NCBI GenBank assembly: GCA_030390025.1
Contig: CM059426.1
Coordinates: forward strand, 138,508,001-138,572,000
Origin: Squalus acanthias
Taxonomy: Eukaryota
Length of the DNA: 64,000 nucleotides
Direction of reading: 5' to 3'
This document shows, piece by piece, positions 27,145 to 37,445 of this stretch; within the stretch, counting starts at the first letter, position 1, and each line of letters opens with the position of its first letter. The notes beneath the pieces were generated by a model, which did not search any database, had not been told where the DNA came from, and was given only the letters and a program-made list of their open reading frames with translations. A program made the position numbers and the translations under genes.

Positions 27145-29605
27145 CTCTCCTCTAACAGGTCACATTCTACCTCTCCTCACACGTCCCATTCTACCTCTCC
27201 TCACATCCCATTCTACCTCTCCTCACACGTCCCATTCTACCTCTCCTCACATCCCATTCTACCTCTCCTCACACATCCCATTCTACCTCTCCTCACACGT
27301 CCCATTCTACCTCTCCTCTAACAGGTCACATTCTTCCTCTCCTCACACATCCCATTCTACCTCTCCTCACACATCCCATTCTACCTCTCCACTCACTGTC
27401 CCATTCTACCTCTCCTCACATCCCATTCTACCTCTCCTCACACATCCCATTCTACCTCTCCTCACACATCCCATTCTACCTCTCCTCACATCCCATTCTA
27501 CCTCTCCTCACACATCCCATTCTACCTCTCCTCACTGTCCCATTCTACCTCTCCTCACACATCCTATTCTACCTCTCCTCACACATCCCATTCTACCTCT
27601 CCTCACTGTCCCATTCTACTTCTCCTCACACATCCCATTCTACCTCTCCTCACACATCCCATTCTACCTCTCCTCACACGTCCCATTCTACCTCTCCTCA
27701 CACGTCCCATTCTACCTCTCCTCACACACCCCATTCTACCTCTCCTCACACATCCCATTCTACCTCTCCTCACACATCCCATTCTACCTTTCCTCACTGT
27801 CCCATTCTACTTCTCCTCACACATCCCATTCTACCTCTCCTCACACATCCCATTCTACCTCTCCTCACTGTTCCATTCTACCTCTCCTCACTGTCCCATT
27901 CTACCTCTCCTCACTGTCCCATTCTACCTCTCCTCACACGTCCCATTCTACCTCTCCTCACACACCCCATTCTACCTCTCCTCACACACCCCATTCTACC
28001 TCTCCTCACACGTCCCATTCTACCTCTCCTCACACATCCCATTCTACCTCTCCTCACACGTCCCATTCTACCTCTCCTCTCACTGTCCCATTCTACCTCT
28101 CCTCTCACTTCCCATTCTACCTCTCCTCACACATCCCATTCTACCTCTCCTCACACATCCCATTCTACCTCTCCTCACACATCCCATTCTACCTCTCCTC
28201 ACACATCCCATTCTACCTCTCCTCACACATCCCATTCTACCTCTCCTCTCACTGTCCCATTCTACCTCTCCTCACACATCCCATTCTACCTCTCCTCACA
28301 CATCCCATTCTACCTCTCCTCTCACTGTCCCATTCTACCTCTCCTCTCACATCCCATTCTACCTCTCCTCACACACATCCCATTCTACCTCTCCTCACAC
28401 ATCCCATTCCACCTCTACTCACACATCCCATTCTACCTCTCCTCTCACATCCCATTCTACCTCTCCTCTCACATCCCATTCTACCTCTCCTCTCACTGTC
28501 CCTTTCTACCTCTCCTCACACATCCCATTCTACCTCTCCTCACACATCCCATTCTACCTCTCCTCACACATCCCATTCCACCTCTCCTCACACGTCCCAT
28601 TCCACCTCTCCTCTCACATCCCATTCTACCTCTCCTCTCACTGTCCCATTCTACCTCTCCTCTCACACCCCATTCTACCTCTCCTCTCACATCCCATTCT
28701 ACCTCTCCTCTCACATCCCATTCTACCTCTCCTCTCACATATCATTCTACCTCTCCTCACACATCCCATTCTACCTCTCCTCACACATCCCATTCTACCT
28801 CTCTTCTCACTGTCCCATTCTACCTCTCCTCACACATCCCATTCTACCTCTCCTCACACATCCCATTCTACCTCTCCTCACACTGGACCCATTCTACCTC
28901 TCCTCACACATCCCATTCTACCTCTCCACTCACTGTCCCATTCTACCTCTCCTCACACTGGACCCATTCTACCTCTCCTCACACATCCCATTCTACCTCT
29001 CCTCACACATCCCATTCTACCTCTCCACTCACACATCCCATTCTACCTCTCCTCACACATCTCATTCTACCTCTCCTCTCACACATCCCATTCTACCTCT
29101 CCTCACACATCCCATTCCACCTCTCCTCTCACATCTCATTCTACCTCTCCTCACACATCCCATTCTACCTCTCCTCACACATCTCATTCTATCTCTCCTC
29201 ACACATCCCATTCTACCTCTCCTCACACATCTCATTCTATCTCTCCTCACACATCCCATTCTACCTCTCCTCACACGTCCCATTCTACCTCTCCTCTCAC
29301 TGTCCCATTCTACCTCTCCACTCACTGTCCCATTCTACCTCTCCGCTCACTGGTCCCATTCTACCTCTCCTCACACATCTCATTCTACCTCTCATCACAC
29401 ATCCCATTCTACCTCTCCTCACACATCCCATTCTACCTCTCCTCACACATCCCATTCTACCTCTCCACTCACTGTCCCATTCTACCTCTCCGCTCACTGG
29501 TCTCATTCTACCTCTATTCACACATCCCATTCTACCTCTCCTCACACATCCCATTCTACCTCTCTGCTCACTGGTCCCATTCTACCTCTACTCACACATC
29601 TCACA
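27145..29605. repeat. Minisatellite of about 2.45 kb, 22-26-bp units with consensus cccattctacctctcctcacacat
   Basis: Roughly 100 directly visible tandem units with variant spacers. Confidence 0.97.
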
Positions 29606-30649
29606 CCTGGTCTGTTAGCCCCTCTTTCCCAACACAAGAGCTCACACTTTCAGGAGAGTAGATGAAATGCGAAAGAGCTGGGAGGATACACGCACCTTGA
29701 AAGTCTGGGCTTAGATCATAAACAACCTTAAAAATCCATTCATCTTGCCAAACAGTGAAATGAAACTCACATAATCTGGTCTCTCATCCATTATCCATTA
29801 ACCTAGACAACTTCAATTAACCTGCGGTTGCCAGGTGGTATATGTGGCTCAGTCAATGCTAAAGGTATTGGCCATGCTTCACATAAATGATCAATAACCC
29901 AATCTGCATCATAAACTTGCCCGTCAGAAAGCATTAGGTGCTCATTGAGAATGAGACTAAATCCATTTATCAACTTCACCCCAGATTATGTTTATCTGGC
30001 CAGGATGGGCTGTGCCCACTGGTTTTGTTACCTTTAGTTGTTATGGGCCTTTCTGGGCAATTCAGCTCAAGCTTGAGTCCTGGGGCATTGAGAGCTGCTG
30101 AAAGGGGAGCATTCCCAAGTCTCGCTCTAACCCAGGGCTGTCAACCAGATGTTCCGCGGGCCCGATCATCAGGGGCTGATTGGGAACTTAAAACGGCCCT
30201 GGAAAATATTCTGAAAGTGGCCCATGTCACCCATCCAATAGTAGTCTTATAACCTCATTTTCAGTAACCCTAATCCTACTTGCTCAGTTATTGTTATGGT
30301 CATTTGCAGACAAATTACAAAGAACTGACGATTTTATAGTAGTTTTATGAAATGTATTTGTAAATAGTGCTGACTGTACAATTGCATGCACTGCTTATTT
30401 ACAAAGCAACTAAAACATTAAACAAAAATAGCACCATACACATACACCAAAGTGAAAATCAGTATGTATGACATTATCTGAAAATAATAACAATACAATT
30501 GTCAGGTTATTGCAGATACAGCTCCTTGCACTATGAACTTTTCAATGATACACTATCAATGATTGCATCAGGGTCTATATGATGTAAAATGTTGTAACAG
30601 ATGAAATCATTGTTTTAAACAAAGATGGGTGCATCCGACTGTACAATAC

Positions 30650-30955
30650 TAACCCTCTGAGATATCTGTGCTCCTGCAACTCTGGCCTCTTGCGCAACCC
30701 CGATTTTAATCGCTCCACCACTGGTGGCTGTGCCTTCAGCTGCCTAGGCCCTTAAGCTCTGGGATTCCCTCCCTAAACCTCTCCGCATCTCTACCTCCTT
30801 TAAGATGCTCCTTAAGCCCTAACTCTTTGACCAAGCTCTGCTCTGATGTCTCCTTATGTGGCTCGGTGTCAAATTGTGTTTGGTAACGCTCCTGTGAAGC
30901 GCCCTGGGACATTTTACTATGTTGAAGGCGCTATATAAATACAACTTGTTGTTGT
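30650..30955 (+). mobile_element. L2 LINE 3' end
   Basis: gtgaagcgccctgggacatttt...ggcgctatataaatac followed by ttgttgttg. Similar to 57110-57395. Confidence 0.78.
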
Positions 30956-31184
30956 AGGCACTGTTGTATTGTAGGCAAACTACACTTCAAAAGTAATCAA
31001 CAAATTTTCACCATTCAGCACAGAAGCAAACCTTAGAATTGATCGCTGTTCAGGGCTGGCCTAACAAAAAAAGATGACACCTGCCCTACAGTCACACAGC
31101 AGACGGTTGGTTACCTGCACTGGTTCTGACTTCAGGGACTAGGCCTCGGTCGCATTCAATGCCATTAACTCGAGGCAAGCGGTC

Positions 31185-31300
31185 GCCTGTCGCTAGGAGA
31201 CGAGTTTTATGAGTGCCGGAAGTGCGTATCGCGGAGGGGGTCCGGATCCTGGCCCCACCCCTGGCTGTCAGTGTGTGAGGGAGAGGCGGGCGGGGCAGTG
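31185..31300. promoter_or_regulatory. CpG-rich promoter-like segment inside the hAT cargo
   Basis: ETS/GABP motif CCGGAAGTG (31216-31224), X-box-like GTCGCTAGGAGAC (31189-31201), GC box near 31285-31296, local CpG enrichment. Confidence 0.5.
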
Positions 31301-31333
31301 AGTCTGCTTCTACTAACGGATGGCTTGTTTATA

Positions 31334-31569
31334 GTGGACAAAATTGAGAGGTCGCACAACACCAGGTTATAGTCCAACAGTTTTATTTGAAATCACAAGC
31401 TTTCGGAGTTATCACTCCTTCCTCAGGTGAAGTAAATTCACCTGAGGAAGGAGTGATAACTCCGAAAGCTTGTGATTTCAAATAAAACTGTTGGACTATA
31501 ACCTGGTGTTGTGCGACCTCTCAATTTTGTCCACCCCAGTCCAACACCGGCATCTCCGCATCATGACCA
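31334..31569 (+). mobile_element. Penelope-like palindromic insertion with hammerhead ribozyme motif
   Basis: Perfect 98-bp inverted arms (31334-31431 and 31437-31534), 14-bp TSD cttgtttatagtgg (31324-31337 and 31570-31583). Confidence 0.82.
31438..31475 (+). ncRNA. Minimal type I hammerhead ribozyme (identical copy on the minus strand in the left arm)
   Basis: TCAC-CTGAGGA-A-GGAG(tgataa)CTCC-GAAA-GCTT-GTGA: conserved core, stem II, palindromic stem III, stem I. Confidence 0.75.
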
Positions 31570-31723
31570 CTTGTTTATAGTGGCCCAGTCCCGCACTTGG
31601 GCAAAGAGTGGCTGCTGAGTGTGCAGCAGGATCTCAGCACCGGGTAGGAGAGAAGCGGGAGACACGGCAGGCTGTGTGCGGGAGAATCGGGCCCAGGGTT
31701 AGAATCAGGGCCTGGGACTCTCC

Positions 31724-31786
31724 TTCCAGACCCTTGACGGGACTGGACATGTAGTAATCAGCAGTGACAATCCTCGCTGCAAACAT
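31724..31786 (-). pseudogene. REV3L: Captured fragment of the REV3L (DNA polymerase zeta catalytic subunit) first coding exon
   Basis: MFAARIVTADYYMSSPVKGLE versus recalled vertebrate REV3L N-terminus MFSVRIVTADYYMASPLQGLD. Similarity stops after codon 21 and no further REV3L exons were seen. Confidence 0.85.
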
Positions 31787-33484
31787 ACTGACCCGATCAT
31801 AATGTTGTATTTTAAAAGGAGATGGGGGAAGAAGGAAATAAAAACACCAATACACACTTGCCCATCCACTCCCCTCCCCCCCGCCAAAAAAAATTAAATG
31901 CTAACTGTCTACGTAGTGAATATTAGTGAGGTGTCTTTGCTGGTCAGGCTGAGCTGACGGTGTTATTTGATACAGATGATGATGAGGAGGCGGTGGCTGT
32001 GGGCCCGTGCAATGCCTGTACCCATGTTGCTCTCTCCCTGCCCCTCCTGCTGTAACTGCCTCCAGCCGCCTCTCTCACACACATTACACCAGTTAGCGCC
32101 CACCCCACTCTCCCTAAATCACCGCCTCACCACTAAACGTCGCTCTTAATACGGCCACTATATATTGTTGTTTTGGTTTTTATAAAGACACTCCGATTCT
32201 TTCCCCCCTCTCGCTCAGAGCCCCACCCCCTCACTCACTTTTGCCGGCTCCACTATTACTAACAGTCACTAAGGGGTGAAGCGTTTGCTCGCTGCTCCTC
32301 CATTCGCAGGCTGAGCTGCACTTTTTCCCACTCTCTTTGGCAGCTGGTTTTTGATCTCCGCCCCTCCTCCCCCCTTCCCCCACCCACCCCCCCCCCCACC
32401 CCCCATGCTCCAGCTCACTGTTGTGTGCGGCCTGTGTATTTCAGTGCGCGGGACCTTACAGATTGCTGCGCGGCCGCGGGAACACTGTCTGCTGCTACTA
32501 GTCGGAGCGTGGGGCGAGGATGTCCAATTCCCGACCCCGGGGGAGGTCCGATCCCCGACCCCGGGAGAGGTCCGATCCCCGACCCTGGGGTCCAATCCCT
32601 GACCCAGAGTGGGTGGATGTATGGGGGGGATCTGATTGGGGGGAAACTTGGGGGTCAGGGGTGAAGCCCTTACCTTCTCCCTGAAGCTGTCCTCGCCTCA
32701 CTTCAGCTGCCGGGTTTCCTGAGGCCTGGGAAACCCGGCCGGTCAGGGTTAAACCTGCAAAGCAGGTTAAATCAGAGGCTTCCAGCCTCATGAAAATATT
32801 TAATTGATCAACCTGCTGCCCACCCCTTGTCCCAACTCCATTAAACCCGCAAGTGGGCAGGTTGCAGGTGGGTTAGGGTCGGGTTTGAGATTTTTAAAGT
32901 CTTAACATTTCACCCGACCCCAACCCATCCTTTTTTGGGGGTTAAGATACAGCCTTCTAGTACTGATGGGAGTGCTGCACTGTTGGAGGTGCCGTCTTTT
33001 GGATGAGAAGTTAAACCGAGGCCCCGTCTGCCCTCTCAGGTGGACGTAAAAGATCCCATGGCGCTATTTCGAAGAAGAGCGGGGGAGTTATCCCTGGTGT
33101 CCTGGCCAATATTCATCCCTCAACCAACACATTATCACATTGCTGTTTGTGGGAGCTTGCTGTGTGCAAATTGGCTGCATCATTTCCTACATTACAACAG
33201 TGACTACACTTCAAAAGTACTTAATTGGGTGTAAAGAATTTTAGGACATCCCTTGGTCATGAAAGGCACTATATAAATGCAATCTTTCTTTCTTTTATTA
33301 TCCATGAACAGGTAAATCTACCCAAGTCATAAGCAAAGGTGCAAAATAAAATTCCTGTGGAGTGAAATCACACTGTATAATATTAGTATATGAACACTAA
33401 ACCTGTTTGTGTGAAATTCATTAGTCCACTATTTTAATGGAGATAATTTGGATTTTTTTAAATGACTGAATACCTCTGTTAAAA

Positions 33485-33770
33485 TAGAATCATAGAATCA
33501 TGGAAAGTTATATCACGGAAGGAGGCTATTTCGGCCCATTGTGTCCGCGCCGGCCAACAAAGAGCAATCCAGCCTTATCCCACTTCCCAGCTCTTGGTCC
33601 GTAGCCCTGCAGGTTAAAGCATCCCAAGTGCACATCCAAGAACTTTTTATATGTGGTTAGGGTTTCTGCCTCTACCACCCTTTCAGACAGTGAGTTCCAG
33701 ACCCCCACAACCCTCTGGGTAAAGAAATATCCCCTCAAATCCCCTCTAAACCTTCCACCAATTACTTTAG
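33485..33770 (-). mobile_element. CR1 3' end
   Basis: ORF 33526..33738 (FFTQRVVGVWNSLSERVVEA) and tail catagaatcatag. Confidence 0.88.
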
Positions 33771-34695
33771 TGGAGAGAGGAATTTAATCTGAATTATTAG
33801 CGCATTCAAACACTAACATCACACAATGTGACTTTACCCTACTAGTAGGACGGAACAAATATGACAAAGTTCCAAACTAATTGCTTTGAAAAATTAGAAC
33901 AACATAGTTTTGAATGATTCACTGTGCATTCTATTTGCTATTATCCATTTTTGTTTCATTTTCCTCGGCAGTACTTTAATGATCTGTACTGTCTTTATTG
34001 CCTGTACTTTTTTTCCAGTCAGTCTAATACAAATTGAATGGCTCCTGAGCGACCACCTTTCATTGTGGCGTTTAAGTAGCCTTTTACCTGGCTTTAGGTC
34101 TAACAAAGGCAATCAAAAAACCAGAAGAACTATATTCAGTAATGATACCGTACACTTCGCAATTTAGTAGTGTACAGAGACAACAAAGCAGTGGGCACTT
34201 TCTGCAATTCAGGTAACTACGGAGTGCGATAAAACGTATTGGGTTACTTCAATCAGCCAGCAGCTGTATTGTTTGTATAGTCAAGTGGCCTTGCTGAAAA
34301 AAATGGATGTGATGAAAGAGATAGGGAAAAACTGACAGAATACTAATCTGTTTTATTAAACTCTTGATCAGAAGTATAGCAATTCAGACATCTCTCGTTT
34401 GAAATCGCCAGGGTACATTTATGAGGGAACAAAGCCACCAATTAGTATTTTCCACACCCATTCACAATCACTCTACCCTTTTGGCTCTAAATCCCTTTCT
34501 TTCTGGGCCTTTGTGTCTGTTCAAAGGGTCAGCAGTGGGTTTGAAAAGATGGCACTATGCTCAGTGGAATGTCATTCTCTCCCCCCTCTCCCCTCCCCAT
34601 CTCAAATAGAACAAAATGTCCTCTTGATTAGTCAAGTGCTTGTTAATTGGAGTTTAGCCACGGAAACAGAGAAAGATCAACAGGAGTTACGTCAC

Positions 34696-34894
34696 CTGAA
34701 TTTACAGAGACTCGGGCCTGGCGAACAACCACCTGTGGCGCGATTGGTATTTCAAGGCGACGCTTGTGCAGGCCCTTGGCAATCTGTAGAAGTTTGCTGG
34801 ATGCATCGACCCAGTATAGAAACCTGTCAATCAAAAAGACTGTGGCAGCTGCAGAAGCATAGTCACCAACCGAGACGGAGGCTTTCAGAAAGAC
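34696..34894 (-). CDS. ALPK1: ALPK1 coding exon, 199 nt ([66 protein letters not shown])
   Basis: Lies inside ORF 34643..34972(-). ttttctctccacag acceptor and GTGAC donor, phase 0-1. Matches human VFLVDRFLY...PIAPQVVIRQARISVNSG. Confidence 0.96.
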
Positions 34895-35301
34895 CTGTGG
34901 AGAGAAAATTTTCTTTAAATAAAAAATCTCTACAGTGCAGATACGTAGAAAATTAAAAATTAAATAATTCAATCATAAGCTCTGGGTACACAAGAATGCA
35001 AAACCTTCACCGCTGCACTTGTGATGAACTGCAAATTTATCTGAATGGTGGGATGCCTTACCCTGATTAATACAATAGAAAACAGCTATTGAGAAAAAGC
35101 TTTTAAGGCACAAGAGTTCCTGTCACAACGTTAAAAAAGATTAATGATACAACACGTATATTATATGGAAAACAACATGACACTATACTTAGTGGAATGC
35201 CATCCACCGCCCCTCTCCACCCGCCCCCCCAACAGAACAAAATGCACTATCGATAATTGGAATTTAGCCATAGAAAGAGAAAGAACAATAGAAGATACAT
35301 A

Positions 35302-35463
35302 GGCGGTAATTTTGACTTCGGGCGATAGTGTAACCCGGGCGATATTGGATAAGTCGCCCCTCATACATCTCTCCCGATTTTCATTTCCATTGAGGGATGT
35401 ATAATGGCCAGCTGATCCGATATCATCCGTGTTCCACGATCGCCCAAAGTCAAAATTACCCTC
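35302..35463. mobile_element. Palindromic MITE
   Basis: ggtaattttgactt...aagtcaaaattacc inverted ends. Confidence 0.72.
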
Positions 35464-35476
35464 TGTGTATGAATTT

Positions 35477-35699
35477 ACAAAAGTGAGAAGTCGCACAACA
35501 CCAGGTTAAAGTCCAACAGCTTTATTTGAAATCACAAGCTTTCGGAGTGCTGCTCCTTCGTCAGGCTGCTCTTTCTTCACCTGACGAAGGAGCAGCACTC
35601 CGAAAGCTTGTGATTTCAAATAAAGCTGTTGGACTATAACCTGGTGTTGTGCGACTTCTCACTTTTGTCCACCCCAGTCCAACACCGGCATCTCCGCAT
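35477..35699 (+). mobile_element. Second Penelope-like palindromic insertion with hammerhead motif
   Basis: 89-bp inverted arms (35477-35565 and 35580-35668, one mismatch), 12-bp TSD tatgaatttaca (35468-35479 and 35700-35711), same 3' extension as the 31334 copy. Confidence 0.82.
35577..35613 (+). ncRNA. Minimal type I hammerhead ribozyme
   Basis: TCAC-CTGACGA-A-GGAG(cagca)CTCC-GAAA-GCTT-GTGA. Confidence 0.75.
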
Positions 35700-36325
35700 T
35701 ATGAATTTACAGACATAGGTCAACAACCAGTTTACACTTTGGTCCTGTTTTCAGTGGTGTTTGGATTATCTGGGCTGTGAATTATTATTCTGACAGAGTC
35801 TCAGAAGAACAGTGGACTGCTCAATAAACAGCAGTGGTGGCAACGTCCAAAATGAGACCTACCGAACCAACAGGTGTTGATTGCTAGTTGGATTCTTTTT
35901 TAAGTACACTTAGGATGCACCTTCAGCCAAGTCCAGCAGGAGGATGCGAGGGGCAGAGCAGAGGCATGACAAGGGCAGGGCAGGTCTATGGATGATGTTT
36001 GCATTTCAGGCAATGACCTTAACAATTGTAATGACTATTTCTGATCACCAGACATGTGAGAGCAAAAATTGACTTCTGTTTAATAATCAGGCTTTTGCTG
36101 TCCAGTTCACCTTGTCAAAATGACCATCCATTCCAGTGAAAAGCTGGACAGTTGATAACCCTGGCTTTTTGCTGTTTCAGTGCTGTTTTTGTGCAAATCG
36201 CACCAGACAATATAAATTTTAAATGAAAATAGGAGAGCTTTTTTCATTCAGTGCCTGACTGTACAGGTGCTGTACTTTGCAGAATTTTTACAATTATAAG
36301 ATAGAGTAATATTATTATTGCTAGT

Positions 36326-36600
36326 ACAACAACAACTTGCCTTTATAGTGCCTTTGACGTAGGAAAAGATCTCAAGGTACTTCGCAGAGGTGTAAGGAAA
36401 AAATGGACGCCAAGCCAAGGATGATCTTAAGAAGGGTGACCAAAAGCTTGGTCAAAGACGTGGGTTTTAAGGAGGGTCTTAAAGGAGAGGGAAGTAGATA
36501 GGTGGAAGGGATAAGGAAAGGTATTCCAGAGCATGGGGGCTAGGTGGCTGATGGCATGGCTGCCAATGGTGAGATGGAGGGCAAGGGTGAATGCACAACT
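36326..36600 (-). mobile_element. L2 LINE 3' end
   Basis: caacaacaacttg tail and ORF 36427..36618 (APMLWNTFP...FKTLLKTHVF). Confidence 0.75.
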
Positions 36601-37445
36601 CTGATAAACATACCACATTTTAGCACTACCACAATCTCAGTGCAGTGGAGGCTGAGATTCCATGGCTTCTCACACTACACTATTGGACCTGGGCTTTGCA
36701 TATAGGTTCGAACAAGCTGCGCCCTGTGTTTTAAGACTTTGAATTGTTGGTATGTATAAATGTTGGAGAATATTTCTTCATGAAGACTATTGTTCATGTA
36801 AAAGTAAATGTATAATAGTTTATGAGCTCTAGAATAGCCTGGATGTTTGTGTCAGTTGTTTGGTTATTATATTTTATTTTAAGCCGAAAGTCTGGATTGA
36901 CTTTGGAATAAAATGCACCACTCAATTATAATAGTTGTGTTGTAAGATCAGTTGTTAGACTGTGACCTGGATGCACATAACATATTAATATAACACCTTC
37001 ATTTGTTGCTATAATCAGACAATGGACAGCCAATCTATTCCTTGCTCTTTGCCAGTACCTTCAGTCAATAAAAGGATACACAAAGGCAGTGTGGACTGAC
37101 TCACCCTCCTATTTTGCTTCCTGCCCTACAGGACTACAATCCTCATCAAAAGTTTGCTAAAGTGCCACACTCAGACCCATCATAAAGAACCTGCATGCGC
37201 TTTAAACGTTTACATTTTTCTTTTTTTAATCTCTCCCACGGCCGGCGGTCTCTGAACAGAGGCTTAAAGAAGAACCAGGTTCAGAAGATCTGCTGAGGGC
37301 TATGGGTGAAGAGGAGGTTGGGTACAAGACATCCCTGGACCACATTATGGGCTAGATTTTCATCTTCATCACCTGGATGGTAATCTGGCTCGGTGGATTA
37401 CCCGCCCTTTATAGAACCCACCCGATTTTCATTCCATTGAAATCA

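Larger units (their letters stand above)
26896..32487. mobile_element. Non-autonomous hAT-type element carrying captured host DNA (Pack-hAT candidate)
   Basis: Termini CAATGTTCCC(TCTAA) and GGGAACACTG (9/10 inverted match). 8-bp flanking direct repeat cctgctgc (26888-26895) and tctgctgc (32488-32495). No transposase ORF seen. Confidence 0.82.
26667..32954. mobile_element. Non-autonomous Harbinger-type TIR element, host of the hAT insertion
   Basis: Ends ggctgaatcttgac and gttaagatacagcc (12/14 inverted match), 3-bp flanks tcc/ttc. The two halves are co-linear with 12355-13317. Confidence 0.78.
26578..33295 (+). mobile_element. SacSINE1-like SINE split by a 6.3-kb insertion (head 26578-26666, body and tail 32955-33295)
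   Basis: Head ends ...tctagactgacagtcc and body resumes agtactgatgggagtgctgcac..., co-linear with the intact copy at 25806. Confidence 0.82.

Noticed and set aside
27603-29554. Arg/Gly-rich ORFs (RRGRMGCV repeats) resembling protamine or RGG proteins
   Set aside because: They are translations of the minisatellite and are broken by 22- and 26-bp units.
27145-29605. CRISPR-like array
   Set aside because: Units are contiguous without unique spacers, the context is eukaryotic, and no cas genes are present.
31634-31855. Functional REV3L gene nested in ALPK1
   Set aside because: Similarity ends after 21 codons, the frame stops at 31634, and no further REV3L exons were found.
34399-34956. 185-aa plus-strand ORF
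   Set aside because: Antisense shadow of the 199-nt ALPK1 exon with no recognisable domain.
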